Below are positions 18,898-28,638 of a DNA stretch of 35,578 nt, in pieces. The stretch is taken from contig CAZSYD010000024.1 in assembly GCA_964611355.1 (NCBI GenBank), forward strand, positions 1 to 35,578. Reading direction: 5' to 3'. The position numbers and the translations under genes are program-made. The DNA comes from an uncultured Ignavibacteriales bacterium. GTDB taxonomy: Bacteria > Zixibacteria > MSB-5A5 > GN15 > JAAZOE01. The notes below the pieces were generated by a model. That model was not told where the DNA came from. It saw only the letters and a list, made by a program, of their open reading frames with translations, and ran no database searches. Each line of letters begins with the position of its first letter. The first letter of the stretch is position 1.

Positions 18898-18898
18898 G

Positions 18899-19345
18899 AT
18901 GGAGCCGTTGCCGCTTGATACGCCAATTATCAGCCGCTCGCTTTCCGAAACCGAAAATCTGGCGGCGAGGTTTTACCGGATGGTATTCCCATGCGCCCTG
19001 GCCGGTTTATACGGCCCGCTGGGCGCTGGGAAAACCTGCTTTGTGCGCGGCGTCGCCCGGGCCGCAGGCGTTGACGCGGATGAGGTGAGTTCGCCCTCCT
19101 TCATGTTGATTAACGAATACCCCGGCGGCAAAACCCCGATATTCCATTTTGATCTATACCGCATAAAAGAACCCGAAGAATTTCGGTCCATCGGGGCGGA
19201 TGAGTATCTGAACCGTGACGGAATAATTTTGATCGAATGGGCTGAAAACGGCCGGGGCCACATTCCCGAAAAGCGTTATAATATATATTTCGAAATAATC
19301 GACGAGCATACCCGTCAGTTGACCTTTTCAAGGTCGAATCTATGA
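18899..19345 (+). CDS. tsaE: tRNA t6A biosynthesis ATPase TsaE
   Basis: Walker A GPLGAGKT, VSSPSF, HFDLYRI and IEWA. Confidence 0.95.
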   Translation: MEPLPLDTPIISRSLSETENLAARFYRMVFPCALAGLYGPLGAGKTCFVRGVARAAGVDADEVSSPSFMLINEYPGGKTPIFHFDLYRIKEPEEFRSIGADEYLNRDGIILIEWAENGRGHIPEKRYNIYFEIIDEHTRQLTFSRSNL

Positions 19346-20001
19346 TAGTCCTTGGTATTGACAGTTCCACCGACGCGCTCGGCATCGGCCTTGCGGATAC
19401 GGGCAGAGTAATCGCCGAAAAAGCGCTGGAAAGCCCGCGCGAACATTCTTCGCGGATAATCGGCCTGATCGACGAGGTCATTATCGGCGCATCAATCAAC
19501 AAAAGCGATCTTGGCGGCGTGGCCGCAGCAATCGGCCCGGGGTCGTTTACCGGCCTGCGGGTCGGCCTGACTGTGGCCAAAGGAATGGCGGTGGCTCTGA
19601 ATATACCGATCGTCGGCATATCCACATTCGAGGTGATCCGGCGCAGGCTTCAAGACAAATTTGACCGCTTTTATCTGGCCGCGCCGGTGCGCCGGGGCGA
19701 GTACTATCTCTGTTTGCTTGAGCCCGGCATAGAAATACAGAAGAACATCAGACTGGTCGGCGAGGAAGATTTACCGAATGCGATTGGATCGATGCCCTGG
19801 GGTTTAATCGGCGGCAAGACAATGGAAGCCCCGCTCCCAACTGAAAACGAGATTGCCGCCGAAAAGCTGTATATTTCGGGAGGCGAGCTGGCCTTGCATG
19901 GAGTCCGGCGGATCGCTGCCGGTGATACAGACAACCCGGCCACACTCGAGCCGCTTTATATCGCGCCGTCGCAGGCGGAGAGAAAATTTGGCCGAAACTG
20001 A
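19342..20001 (+). CDS. tsaB: tRNA t6A biosynthesis protein TsaB
   Basis: LGIDSST, HSSRI and GPGSFTGLRVGLTVAKG. ATGA overlap with tsaE. Confidence 0.93.
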   Translation: MIVLGIDSSTDALGIGLADTGRVIAEKALESPREHSSRIIGLIDEVIIGASINKSDLGGVAAAIGPGSFTGLRVGLTVAKGMAVALNIPIVGISTFEVIRRRLQDKFDRFYLAAPVRRGEYYLCLLEPGIEIQKNIRLVGEEDLPNAIGSMPWGLIGGKTMEAPLPTENEIAAEKLYISGGELALHGVRRIAAGDTDNPATLEPLYIAPSQAERKFGRN

Positions 20002-20455
20002 CTCTGCCATACGCGAAATGACCGCCGACGATATCCCGGCGATTCTCCGGATAGAGGAGCAGTTATTTTCCGATCCGTGGCCTGAGTTTGTTTTTTGGGA
20101 CGACGTATCTTCCGAGTTCAGCTATCCTTTTGTGATACAACTGGATAGTGAAATCGTGGGATATGTTATCATGCTGGTCGATGAGAATATCGGACACTTG
20201 ACCAACCTGGCCGTAGTCCGTGAATATCAACGGAAATCTATTGCCAAAAGCCTGTTATCATATATCTTAAGGCTTGCCGTTGATATTGGGTTAGCTCGGA
20301 TAACTCTGGAGGTGCGGCTCTCGAACAAAACGGCTATTTCTCTGTATGAATCGTTCGGCTTTGAACGTCTGGCCGTTGAAAAAGATTACTACCGAAATCC
20401 GGTCGAAGACAGTCTGATTATGGTTAAGGATATCTCCACCGATCGCGACCGGTAA
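19988..20455 (+). CDS. rimI: Ribosomal-protein-alanine N-acetyltransferase (GNAT)
   Basis: IEEQLFSDPW, HLTNLAV..EYQRKSIAK, LEVRLSN..AISLYESFGF and YYRNPVED. Likely TTG start at 19988 after GGAGAG. Typical position after tsaB. Confidence 0.88.
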   Translation: MAETDSAIREMTADDIPAILRIEEQLFSDPWPEFVFWDDVSSEFSYPFVIQLDSEIVGYVIMLVDENIGHLTNLAVVREYQRKSIAKSLLSYILRLAVDIGLARITLEVRLSNKTAISLYESFGFERLAVEKDYYRNPVEDSLIMVKDISTDRDR

Positions 20456-20469
20456 GACGGTATTTTGAC

Positions 20470-21324
20470 ATGGATTGGTTTAAGAAGTCAAAAAACGGTC
20501 TGGTTGACCAGCAAAAGAAAGAAATTCCCGACGGTCTTTGGACCAAGTGTAAGGGGTGCGGTGAGGTAATATACTCCCGGACCCTGCAGGAAACGCTCTG
20601 GGTCTGCCCGTCGTGCAATTACCACTTTCGGATTACCGCCCGGAAGATAATCGAACTTCTTCTTGACGACGGGCGTCTCGAAGAATACGATGCCAACCTG
20701 TCCTCGCGCGATCCGCTCCATTTTCGTGATGCCAAAAAATATCCAGACCGGATCAAGAGCTCTCAGCAAAAGACAGGCCTGAAAGACGCCGTTATCTGCG
20801 GTATCGGCTCGGTCGATACTACTCCGGTCTCCTTTGCCGTCATGGATTTTTCCTTTATGGGCGGCTCGATGGGTTCTGTAGTCGGCGAAAAAATCGCCCG
20901 CACAATAACGCGGGCAATCGAACGGGAAGTACCGCTGGTAATCGTCTCCTGTTCGGGCGGGGCTCGTATGCAGGAAGGGATTCTCTCGCTGATGCAGATG
21001 TCCAAGACATCGGCTCTGTTAGCTGTCCTGGCCCAAAAGAAAATTCCTTATATATCTATCCTGACCAATCCCACCACCGCCGGCGTGATGGCCTCTTACG
21101 CCTCCTTGGGCGATATTGTTATTGCCGAACCGAAAGCGCTTTTGGGTTTTGCCGGGCCGCGCGTTATTCAGCAAACCATCGGCCAGGAATTGCCGGAAGG
21201 ATTCCAATCCTCCGAGTTTTTCCTCGAACACGGCTTTCTCGATGTTATTTCCGAGCGGAAAGACCTGCGCCGCAACCTCAGCCTCTGTCTTCGTTATACC
21301 TATAACGACGACACGGCAGAGTAA
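20470..21324 (+). CDS. accD: Acetyl-CoA carboxylase carboxyltransferase beta subunit
   Basis: Zn ribbon LWTKCKGC..VCPSC, FMGGSMGSVVGEK, SGGARMQEG and GFAGPRVI. Confidence 0.97.
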   Translation: MDWFKKSKNGLVDQQKKEIPDGLWTKCKGCGEVIYSRTLQETLWVCPSCNYHFRITARKIIELLLDDGRLEEYDANLSSRDPLHFRDAKKYPDRIKSSQQKTGLKDAVICGIGSVDTTPVSFAVMDFSFMGGSMGSVVGEKIARTITRAIEREVPLVIVSCSGGARMQEGILSLMQMSKTSALLAVLAQKKIPYISILTNPTTAGVMASYASLGDIVIAEPKALLGFAGPRVIQQTIGQELPEGFQSSEFFLEHGFLDVISERKDLRRNLSLCLRYTYNDDTAE

Positions 21325-21340
21325 TATTTACCCTACAGAT

Positions 21341-22630
21341 ATGACTGATAAGGGCTACCAGAAGGCGCTCCGGTTTATCTATGACCGTCAGCATTTCGGC
21401 ATAAAACTGGGGCTGGACAACATCCGCCGCTTTGCCGATCGGCTGGAAAGCCCTCAGGATAAATATCACACCGTCCACGTGGCGGGAACCAACGGCAAGG
21501 GATCGACCACCGGCTTTATCGCCGGTATCCTGCAGCAGAGCGGATACGGGGTCGGTATTCTTACTTCGCCTCATCTGGCCGATTACCGTGAACGAATACG
21601 CGTCAACGGCAAAAAGATTACACCCGGCGCGGTTGCCGAATTCATCACGAAGTACAGGAAACTGATTCTTGATACTGGCGTAACCTTTTTTGAAACCACG
21701 ACGGCGCTGGCTTTCTGGTATTTTGCGCGGGAAAAAGTTGACTGGGCGGTTCTGGAAACCGGCCTTGGAGGCCGCTTGGATGCCACTAATATCGTTATCC
21801 CGAAAGTTGCGGTCATTACCAATATCTCACTCGAGCATACTAATATTCTGGGCAAAAGTATTTATAAGATCGCCGGTGAAAAGGGCGGTATTATTAAGCC
21901 GGGCGTTCCGCTGGTCACCGGCGTGATAAACAACGGCAATGACGCCGCCCGCAGAATCGGTGAAATATGCTCTGAAAAAAACGCCCCCGTCCATTATCAT
22001 CGCCCGTGCGATTTCGGCTATAGCTTCTCGAATGGTTTCGATTTTCTTCATATAAAAAACGGGGCGTTTTCCGGACTGAAAGCGAAGGTGTCTCTGGCCG
22101 GGCGTCACCAGGCGGAAAACGCTTTGCTGGCGGTTCGCGTAGCCGAGGTAATAAAATCGCAGGGCTTTCATATAAACAAAGAGTCTGTCAAACAAGGCCT
22201 GGCCAAAAATTATTGGCCCGGCAGGTTTATGACGGTTCGAAAAAGACCCACGATTATAATAGACGTGGCCCATAACCCGGAAGGATTTAAGGCCCTGGCG
22301 GAAACGCTAAGGTGTCGTTATCCGGGGCGGAAATTCGATTTTTTGGTGGGGATGGTGGAAAAAAAGAAAGGCGACAAGTGCCTGAAAATGATCTCTCCTC
22401 TGGCTCGTTCAATTTCCGTTGCGCCGCTAAAAACCGAACGAAGCGACGATCCGTATTATCTTATCTTGCATCTTGATTTCCGCAATACCTCGATACGTGT
22501 CTTTCCCGATGCGGTCGCGGCGGCCAAAGACCTTTTGGAAAACAGCGCGTCATCCGATATATTAATAATGGTTGGTTCTCATTATTTGATAGGCGAAATA
22601 GCTTCACTCATAAAAAGAGACGGCTTTTGA
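21341..22630 (+). CDS. folC: Folylpolyglutamate synthase / dihydrofolate synthase
   Basis: GIKLGL, HVAGTNGKGST, TSPHL...ERI, ETGLGGRLDATN, WPGRF, DVAHNP and GSHYL. Start taken as the ATG at 21341, downstream of the accD stop. Confidence 0.95.
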   Translation: MTDKGYQKALRFIYDRQHFGIKLGLDNIRRFADRLESPQDKYHTVHVAGTNGKGSTTGFIAGILQQSGYGVGILTSPHLADYRERIRVNGKKITPGAVAEFITKYRKLILDTGVTFFETTTALAFWYFAREKVDWAVLETGLGGRLDATNIVIPKVAVITNISLEHTNILGKSIYKIAGEKGGIIKPGVPLVTGVINNGNDAARRIGEICSEKNAPVHYHRPCDFGYSFSNGFDFLHIKNGAFSGLKAKVSLAGRHQAENALLAVRVAEVIKSQGFHINKESVKQGLAKNYWPGRFMTVRKRPTIIIDVAHNPEGFKALAETLRCRYPGRKFDFLVGMVEKKKGDKCLKMISPLARSISVAPLKTERSDDPYYLILHLDFRNTSIRVFPDAVAAAKDLLENSASSDILIMVGSHYLIGEIASLIKRDGF

Positions 22631-23976
22631 AAAAGGGAGAAAAGGCAAAAGAACGCTCACTCCGGGCCGTTGAAATGCTCGGATCGGCGATCGATGTTAA
22701 AATAGGCGAGTTAACCGAAAGCAACCGCCAACTGAAACGGAAGATATTCGACCTGTATACCATCTTCGAAATCAGCCGTGATTTTAATTCGGTGCTCAAT
22801 TACCAGACATTGGTCGATTCCCTTCTTTTGACCTCTTTGGGCCAGGTGGGAGCTTCAACGTCTGCGCTGTACCTCCCTGTGGGCACCAAATCGAAAACCC
22901 TGACGCTTGCCAAGTCGAAAGGTTTCTCGCGCCTCAGGGAAGCGGAAGGAGAGATAGACCTGGGCGGCCGCCTGGCCGCCTATCTGGCGGCAACGGCCAA
23001 GCCGATCACCATTGCCGAACTGGAAGAGCTTTTTCCCGGAGAACCGGAAAAAAAGATTATGGAGCGATTCAAAGAAGGACTGGTGGTTCCGCTTGTAATC
23101 AAGTCGGAATTAAAAGGCGTCTCGGTTCTGGGAAGCAAGGTGTCCGGTGTGGGCTTTGCCAACGACGATATAGAGTTTCTTTCTATTCTGGCCAACCAGT
23201 TTGTTATCGCTCTGGAAAACGCTCGGCTGTATGAGTCGGAAAAAAACGCCCTGGAAGAACTCAAGGATACTCATGAACAACTGGTTCGGACCGAACGACT
23301 GGCGGCAATCGGAGAACTCTCGGCCAAGATTGCTCATGAGGTAAATAATCCGTTGAGCATAATCTCCAATTATCTGCGTATTTGGGAACGCGATCTTGAG
23401 AAACCGGAAAAGGCGCACGAGCATTTGAATGTGGTACGTCAGGAACTGTCCCGCATTGCCGGAATAATCAGACAACTTCTGGATTTCCATCGACCGCGCA
23501 AAGTGGAAAAGAGGCCGCTTGATATCCGGCAGGTCATTGACAATGTGATTTCTCTGGTTGGATGGCAACTTGAGGAACGAGGTATCGCCATTGAACGCTC
23601 CATCGACGGCGACTTGCCGCCGGTTACCGGGTCGCCCGACCAGTTAAAACAGGTCTTTTTGAATTTAATAATAAACGCACGGGATTTTATTTCGGAAGGG
23701 GGAAAACTCAAAATTTCCGTTTCCCCCAGCAAAAATAATATCAGGATAGTCTTTACCGATACCGGGCCGGGCATTCCCGAAGAAGACCTGCCAAGGATAT
23801 TTGAACCGTTTTTCACCACCAAGGAAGATACCTCCGGTACCGGGCTGGGGCTCTCGGTCTGTTACGGAATAATCAGCGAACACGGCGGGCAGATTGAAGC
23901 CGGCAATGTTCCTGGAGGAGGCGGACGGTTTGTGATTACTCTTCCGGTCGCCACCGGCCACAGGAAAGGATCGTAA
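22627..23976 (+). CDS. Cytoplasmic GAF-domain sensor histidine kinase
   Basis: No TM. GAF ending LVVPL..GV..LG..F...DIEFL..LANQ...ALENARLY. H-box AHEVNNPL, QVFLNLIINA, DTGPGI, FFTTK and GTGLGL. TTGA overlap with folC. Confidence 0.92.
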   Translation: MKKGEKAKERSLRAVEMLGSAIDVKIGELTESNRQLKRKIFDLYTIFEISRDFNSVLNYQTLVDSLLLTSLGQVGASTSALYLPVGTKSKTLTLAKSKGFSRLREAEGEIDLGGRLAAYLAATAKPITIAELEELFPGEPEKKIMERFKEGLVVPLVIKSELKGVSVLGSKVSGVGFANDDIEFLSILANQFVIALENARLYESEKNALEELKDTHEQLVRTERLAAIGELSAKIAHEVNNPLSIISNYLRIWERDLEKPEKAHEHLNVVRQELSRIAGIIRQLLDFHRPRKVEKRPLDIRQVIDNVISLVGWQLEERGIAIERSIDGDLPPVTGSPDQLKQVFLNLIINARDFISEGGKLKISVSPSKNNIRIVFTDTGPGIPEEDLPRIFEPFFTTKEDTSGTGLGLSVCYGIISEHGGQIEAGNVPGGGGRFVITLPVATGHRKGS

Positions 23977-26117
23977 TGGGCAAAAGAACCGGACCGTCCA
24001 AAACTGCCCGGCCGGGCAGAAGACTTATCCCGGACACCAAAGCGAAAGAACGGATACTTGTCATAGACGACGAAAAACGAATCTGTGATTCCCTGTCATC
24101 TCTTCTGACTGATTCCGGATATGACATAGCCGCTTTTCAAAACAGCCGGGAGGCCGCCAGCGAAATCAAAGCCGGCCGATTCGACCTGATTATATCCGAT
24201 ATTAAGATGCCGGGACTCACCGGCTTCGACCTGCTCCAACTGGCGCGCAAGGTTGACCCCCAGGCGCTGGTAATCCTTTTGACCGGATTCGGTTCTCTCG
24301 AGTCAGCCCTCGAAGCAATTAATCAGGGCGTTTACGATTATCTTCTCAAACCGGTCGAATACCCCCAACTGGAACTGGTCATCAGACGCGGCCTGGAGAA
24401 ACGCCGTCTTGGCCGGGCAAAGTCGTTTCTTTTAACCGAACTCAGGGAAAAGAATCAGGAGCTCCAGGCCCGGCTGAATGAAATTAACGCCCTGTACGAG
24501 GCGGGGAAATCACTTGGTTCCACGATCAATATTGACGAGTTGCTTTCGAACATTACCTCCCTGGCCACCAATGTGCTTCAGGCCAGGAAAGGCTCAATAA
24601 TGCTGCTGGATGATAACCGGAAGCACCTGACTATAGCAGCCGCCAGAGGTTTGGACGAAGAAGTTATCCGGACCACGCGGTTGCCGATCGGTTCCTCTAT
24701 TGCCGGATATGTAGCCGAATCGGGAGAGCCGCTTTTTATCAGTGATGTCGAAAAAGACCCCCGCTTCAGACGAGAAAACCGCGAGGAACGCTACGGCCAC
24801 GCTTCGCTTTTGTCGGTTCCCCTGATGGTCAAGACGCGGGTCATCGGGGTAGTCAATATCGCTCACAAGCAGTCGGGCGGCGAATTCGGAGAGTATGATC
24901 TCAAGCTGTTAACCACCTTTGCGACTCAGGCGGCGGTGGCCATCGACAACGCCTCGGCCGTTCGTCAACTCAAACGGCGGGTGGCCGAGCTTTCAATTTT
25001 ACAGGAAATATCCGACGCCATGTCCCGCGCCGCCTCGGTGGAAAATCTTCAGGAGATCATCTTCTGGGGAATTCGCAATCTTATGCCGGTCGATATTATT
25101 CTCTGGTTTCGATGGAACGAAAATGAGAATGCTCTGGTTTTTGCGGGCGGGGCCGGCCATGCGAATATTGACCTTGATCTGACTATTAAAACCGATCCCG
25201 AGGCGATTTCAACCCCCGAAAAGGCGCGCCAACTGATATTGGAGAATCTCCCGGCTACCGATGAATCACCCATTCCAACCGCCGGTTTCGTGGCCTTTCT
25301 GGTAAGCGGATTATCCGGGTTGGCCTATGTCATTTGCCTTGCTTCAGGTGAGAAAAATTGCTTTACGGCCGAGAATGAAAGAATTGCCGGGCTTATTGCC
25401 AGTCAGACCGCTTCAATGTACGAAAGAGAAAAGGCGATCTTAAACGCCACCCAGTTGCTCACCATGGGGAACATGATATCGGAAATCTCCCACGATATGC
25501 GCAAGCCCTTAACCAGCATCCGCGGCGCACTGCAGATTATGCGGTCGCGCTGGCCGGAACTGGCCGAACAGTCGGATATGTTTACCATGGCCGAAGAGGA
25601 AGTTCACCGCCTTAACGACCTGGTGCGTGAACTGGTCGATTTTTCTAACCCCAATAAATACCAGACTGAACGAACCGACATTACCAACGTTATTAATCGT
25701 GCCTGTCACCTGGTCAAACCTGAACTGGAAAAGAACAATATCGCCTGCTGGTCCGAGTTCGAAGAAAACCTGCCGGAAGTATTTGTCAATAAAAACCAGA
25801 TAATGGAAATAATGCTTAATCTCATTATGAACGCCATCGAGGCAATCGGCAGCGGTGGCGGTATCATTACTTTACGCGCTGCAAAAGACGGTTCCGGCGG
25901 CAAAAGAATGATCAGAGTTGAGATGGCCGATACCGGCTGCGGAATGGACGAAAAAGATAAAGCCTCTATCTTTGATCGTTATTTCACAACCAAAGAAACA
26001 GGCACCGGCTTGGGCCTGGCAGTAGTTGAACGCGTCGTTTCCGCTCATGGCGGCAAGATAGAAGTGCAAAGCGAAAAAGGGGTCGGCACTACATTTATAA
26101 TATTCATTCCATACTAA
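23976..26117 (+). CDS. Cytoplasmic hybrid kinase: N-terminal receiver + GAF + second GAF-like domain + HisKA/HATPase
   Basis: REC ILVIDDE, IISDIKMPG, YLLKP. GAF SIAGYVAESGEP..SLLSVPL..VIGVVN. H-box SHDMRKPLTSI, DTGCGM and GTGLGL. TAATG overlap with the upstream kinase. Confidence 0.92.
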   Translation: MGKRTGPSKTARPGRRLIPDTKAKERILVIDDEKRICDSLSSLLTDSGYDIAAFQNSREAASEIKAGRFDLIISDIKMPGLTGFDLLQLARKVDPQALVILLTGFGSLESALEAINQGVYDYLLKPVEYPQLELVIRRGLEKRRLGRAKSFLLTELREKNQELQARLNEINALYEAGKSLGSTINIDELLSNITSLATNVLQARKGSIMLLDDNRKHLTIAAARGLDEEVIRTTRLPIGSSIAGYVAESGEPLFISDVEKDPRFRRENREERYGHASLLSVPLMVKTRVIGVVNIAHKQSGGEFGEYDLKLLTTFATQAAVAIDNASAVRQLKRRVAELSILQEISDAMSRAASVENLQEIIFWGIRNLMPVDIILWFRWNENENALVFAGGAGHANIDLDLTIKTDPEAISTPEKARQLILENLPATDESPIPTAGFVAFLVSGLSGLAYVICLASGEKNCFTAENERIAGLIASQTASMYEREKAILNATQLLTMGNMISEISHDMRKPLTSIRGALQIMRSRWPELAEQSDMFTMAEEEVHRLNDLVRELVDFSNPNKYQTERTDITNVINRACHLVKPELEKNNIACWSEFEENLPEVFVNKNQIMEIMLNLIMNAIEAIGSGGGIITLRAAKDGSGGKRMIRVEMADTGCGMDEKDKASIFDRYFTTKETGTGLGLAVVERVVSAHGGKIEVQSEKGVGTTFIIFIPY

Positions 26118-26206
26118 GGCTATTCTGCAAAGATTTGCAAAAAAGTGATAGTTTTTATCCGAAACGACTTGATTTTTCCCGTTACTTGACGATTAATTGA
26201 AAAGAG

Positions 26207-27634
26207 ATGAGACGGGAACGCCCCAAAATTCTGGTTATCGACGACGATCCCAAGGTCAAATGGTTGCTTTCGGAAGGGCTGTCGAACAGTTTCGAGTTTA
26301 TTGCCGCCGCCAGCGGCAGTGAAGGCTTGCAAATTATCAGCATCGAGAAACCTGACCTGGTTCTGCTTGATATCAAAATGCCTGAAATGTCGGGCATTGA
26401 CATCCTTAAAAAGCTGAGCAAAGCGGAGAATCGACCCGAGGTTATCATGCTTTCGGGGCATGATGAAACCCGTTACGTTGTGGAGTCGATGAAAAACGGG
26501 GCGGCCGAATTCATCAAGAAGCCGTTTGATCTCAAGGAAGTTGAAATACATATCAATACCATTCTGGAGAAAAACCATCTCAAAAAGGAAGTGTCTCATC
26601 TCAGGACCGAGCTTCGCGCCAAATCGCAATACGATGCCTTTATCGGCGATTCTCCCAAAATAGTGCAGGTAAAGAATCTGATTGAGCAGGTGGCCGATTC
26701 CGAACTGACCGTTCTTGTCCAGGGCGAATCCGGTACCGGCAAGGAAATCATCGCCCGAATGATTCACAATATCTCCAGGCGCAGCGAAGAATCGTTTACC
26801 AAGGTCAACTGCGCCGCCATACCGCGCGATCTTTTGGAGGCGGAGCTTTTTGGATATGAAAAAGGGGCGTTTACCGGAGCGCATAAAACCAAACCGGGCC
26901 GGTTCGAGGTGGCCAACAAAGGAACGATGTTCCTCGACGAGATCGGAGATATGCCGCTGGAGTTGCAGTCCAAGCTTCTTCAGGTTTTGGAACAGCAGGA
27001 ATTTATCAGGGTTGGGGGTATAAATACTATCCATGTCGATGTGCGGATCATATGCGCCACTAACCGAAATCTCGAAGAAACGATCAGCCGGGGTGAATTC
27101 CGCGATGATCTTTTTTATCGGCTTAATGAAATCATCGTTTATCTCCCCCCTTTGTGTGAAAGGTGCGAAGATATTCCACTACTGGCTAATCACTTCATCG
27201 AAAAATACGGCGAGTTATATCAAAGAGAGTACAAGCCATTAACTCAGGACGCGCTGGACCGACTTGCCGCGGCCCCCTGGCCCGGTAACGTCCGCCAGCT
27301 TGAAAACCTAACCAAACAGGTGGTTGTACGGGGCGACGAATCGATTATCGCCGACCTGCTGGCCGGTCAAAACGCGGGATTTGGAAATGTAAATCCTGAG
27401 ATCACCAGAACCCCCGCCATATCTGATCACCCGCAAATCTCCGCCGGCGATGCGGAAGAATTCTCCCTCAAAAAGGCCGTCTCTGAGATGGTCAGCCGGG
27501 AGGAAAAGGCGCTTATTGCCAAAGCTCTTACAAGGACAAACTGGAATCGCCGAAAGGCCGCCGAACTCCTCGAAATAAGTTATCGTTCGCTTCTATATAA
27601 AATAAAAGAATACGGCCTGAATGAAATTAAATAA
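26207..27634 (+). CDS. NtrC-family sigma54-dependent response regulator (REC-AAA+-Fis HTH)
   Basis: LLDIKMP, Walker [15 protein letters not shown] loop, [23 protein letters not shown] and [24 protein letters not shown]. Confidence 0.96.
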   Translation: MRRERPKILVIDDDPKVKWLLSEGLSNSFEFIAAASGSEGLQIISIEKPDLVLLDIKMPEMSGIDILKKLSKAENRPEVIMLSGHDETRYVVESMKNGAAEFIKKPFDLKEVEIHINTILEKNHLKKEVSHLRTELRAKSQYDAFIGDSPKIVQVKNLIEQVADSELTVLVQGESGTGKEIIARMIHNISRRSEESFTKVNCAAIPRDLLEAELFGYEKGAFTGAHKTKPGRFEVANKGTMFLDEIGDMPLELQSKLLQVLEQQEFIRVGGINTIHVDVRIICATNRNLEETISRGEFRDDLFYRLNEIIVYLPPLCERCEDIPLLANHFIEKYGELYQREYKPLTQDALDRLAAAPWPGNVRQLENLTKQVVVRGDESIIADLLAGQNAGFGNVNPEITRTPAISDHPQISAGDAEEFSLKKAVSEMVSREEKALIAKALTRTNWNRRKAAELLEISYRSLLYKIKEYGLNEIK

Positions 27635-27892
27635 CTGATCCGTATTGTCCAGCAACCGGACAGATTTAGCATATTTCATTCTTTGATTGTCTGTTTACCG
27701 GGAGCGTTTTTCAACAATTTTTGCCCTTGAGAATTACCTTCAGTCCCGTAAGAACCGAAACCAAACAACCGGTTTTCTTCTCCTAACGGAAAGTGTATCA
27801 ACGAAATCGCAGTCAGGGGAATAGGTTGTCATGCGAATCCGTAACACAAATGAAAAACCCCGGAGCGGCCGTTATTTAAATCATCATGTAAT

Positions 27893-27909
27893 CAGGTATA
27901 TAAATTGCT
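27893..27909 (+). promoter_or_regulatory. Putative sigma54 (-24/-12) promoter of the degenerate GGDEF gene
   Basis: CAGGTATATAAATTGCT has GG (27895-96), N10, GC (27907-08) with TTGCT. It lies 57 nt before the ATG and just downstream of a sigma54 activator gene. Confidence 0.55.
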
Positions 27910-27965
27910 TTGGTAATATCGATATCCCTTTCGTCTGCTTTTGGAAAAAGTGAGGATGAGAAGGT

Positions 27966-28442
27966 ATGGCAGAGTTGAATGGGAGGAAAATAAAAGGCAT
28001 GGACGCCGAAGAAGTCAAACGGTTTAGGGATATAGCCCTGCTGGAATTAAAACGGGCCGAAAGATATCGCAGTTTCCTGTCTCTGCTTGTATTAAATCTT
28101 TCGGAATTTCTGGCCACGGCCGGCCGGCGTAAGATTAATTCGCAGGAGGAGTCCAGGCAGTTTGTGGTAAGAGCGGTCAACCGGCTCAGACAGGGAGCAC
28201 GCGAGACGGATATGATAACGAATCTGGATGATTCACGTCTGGCAATGATTTTACCGGAGACTGACCGGCAGGGAGCCCAACGCGCGGCCGATCGATTCCA
28301 CGAGACGATAACTGCGTTTATGGCGGAGTTTATGCAATCAGACTATCAGTTTGAAATTCCTTTGGAGATTACGTCATTCCCCAATTCAAATGATGGAGAT
28401 TCTTTGAAGATAAGGCTGACCGATCTCTTTGCGGGCAACTAA
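27966..28442 (+). CDS. Stand-alone degenerate GGDEF-fold protein
   Basis: ELKRAERYRSFLSLLVL, ARETDMITNLDDSRLAMILPETDRQGAQRAADRF follows the GGDEF scaffold but lacks GG(D/E)EF. A purine-rich RBS (GAGAAGGT) precedes the ATG. Confidence 0.72.
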   Translation: MAELNGRKIKGMDAEEVKRFRDIALLELKRAERYRSFLSLLVLNLSEFLATAGRRKINSQEESRQFVVRAVNRLRQGARETDMITNLDDSRLAMILPETDRQGAQRAADRFHETITAFMAEFMQSDYQFEIPLEITSFPNSNDGDSLKIRLTDLFAGN

Positions 28443-28638
28443 TAGCCCGCATTCAAAAGCGTAAATGATTCCCCGGGAGGGTTAAAACTTGATATAATAT
28501 GAAAAACCTGTCCATTCTTCGTACAACCAAACGTTGCGTAATATATTAAAGATCAATTAGTTACAGCCAAAACCGTAATTTATCGCGATTTTGTTCACAA
28601 CTTGGACATCTACGAGATAATGCTTGTGCCGAGTCATT

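Noticed and set aside
19853..19987. N-terminal extensions of rimI (from 19853) and folC (from 21116) in the ORF track
   Set aside because: They overlap upstream genes extensively, and better starts exist at 19988 and 21341.
18899..20455. tsaD missing from the tsaE-tsaB-rimI cluster
   Set aside because: tsaD is frequently encoded elsewhere; uninformative without the whole genome.
26120..27034. 304-aa antisense ORF
   Set aside because: Typical antisense shadow of a sigma54 AAA+ gene.
28614..28631. Minus-strand CGGCACAAGCATTATC as a sigma54 promoter
   Set aside because: The -12 element is absent (AT instead of GC) and there is no gene downstream on that strand.
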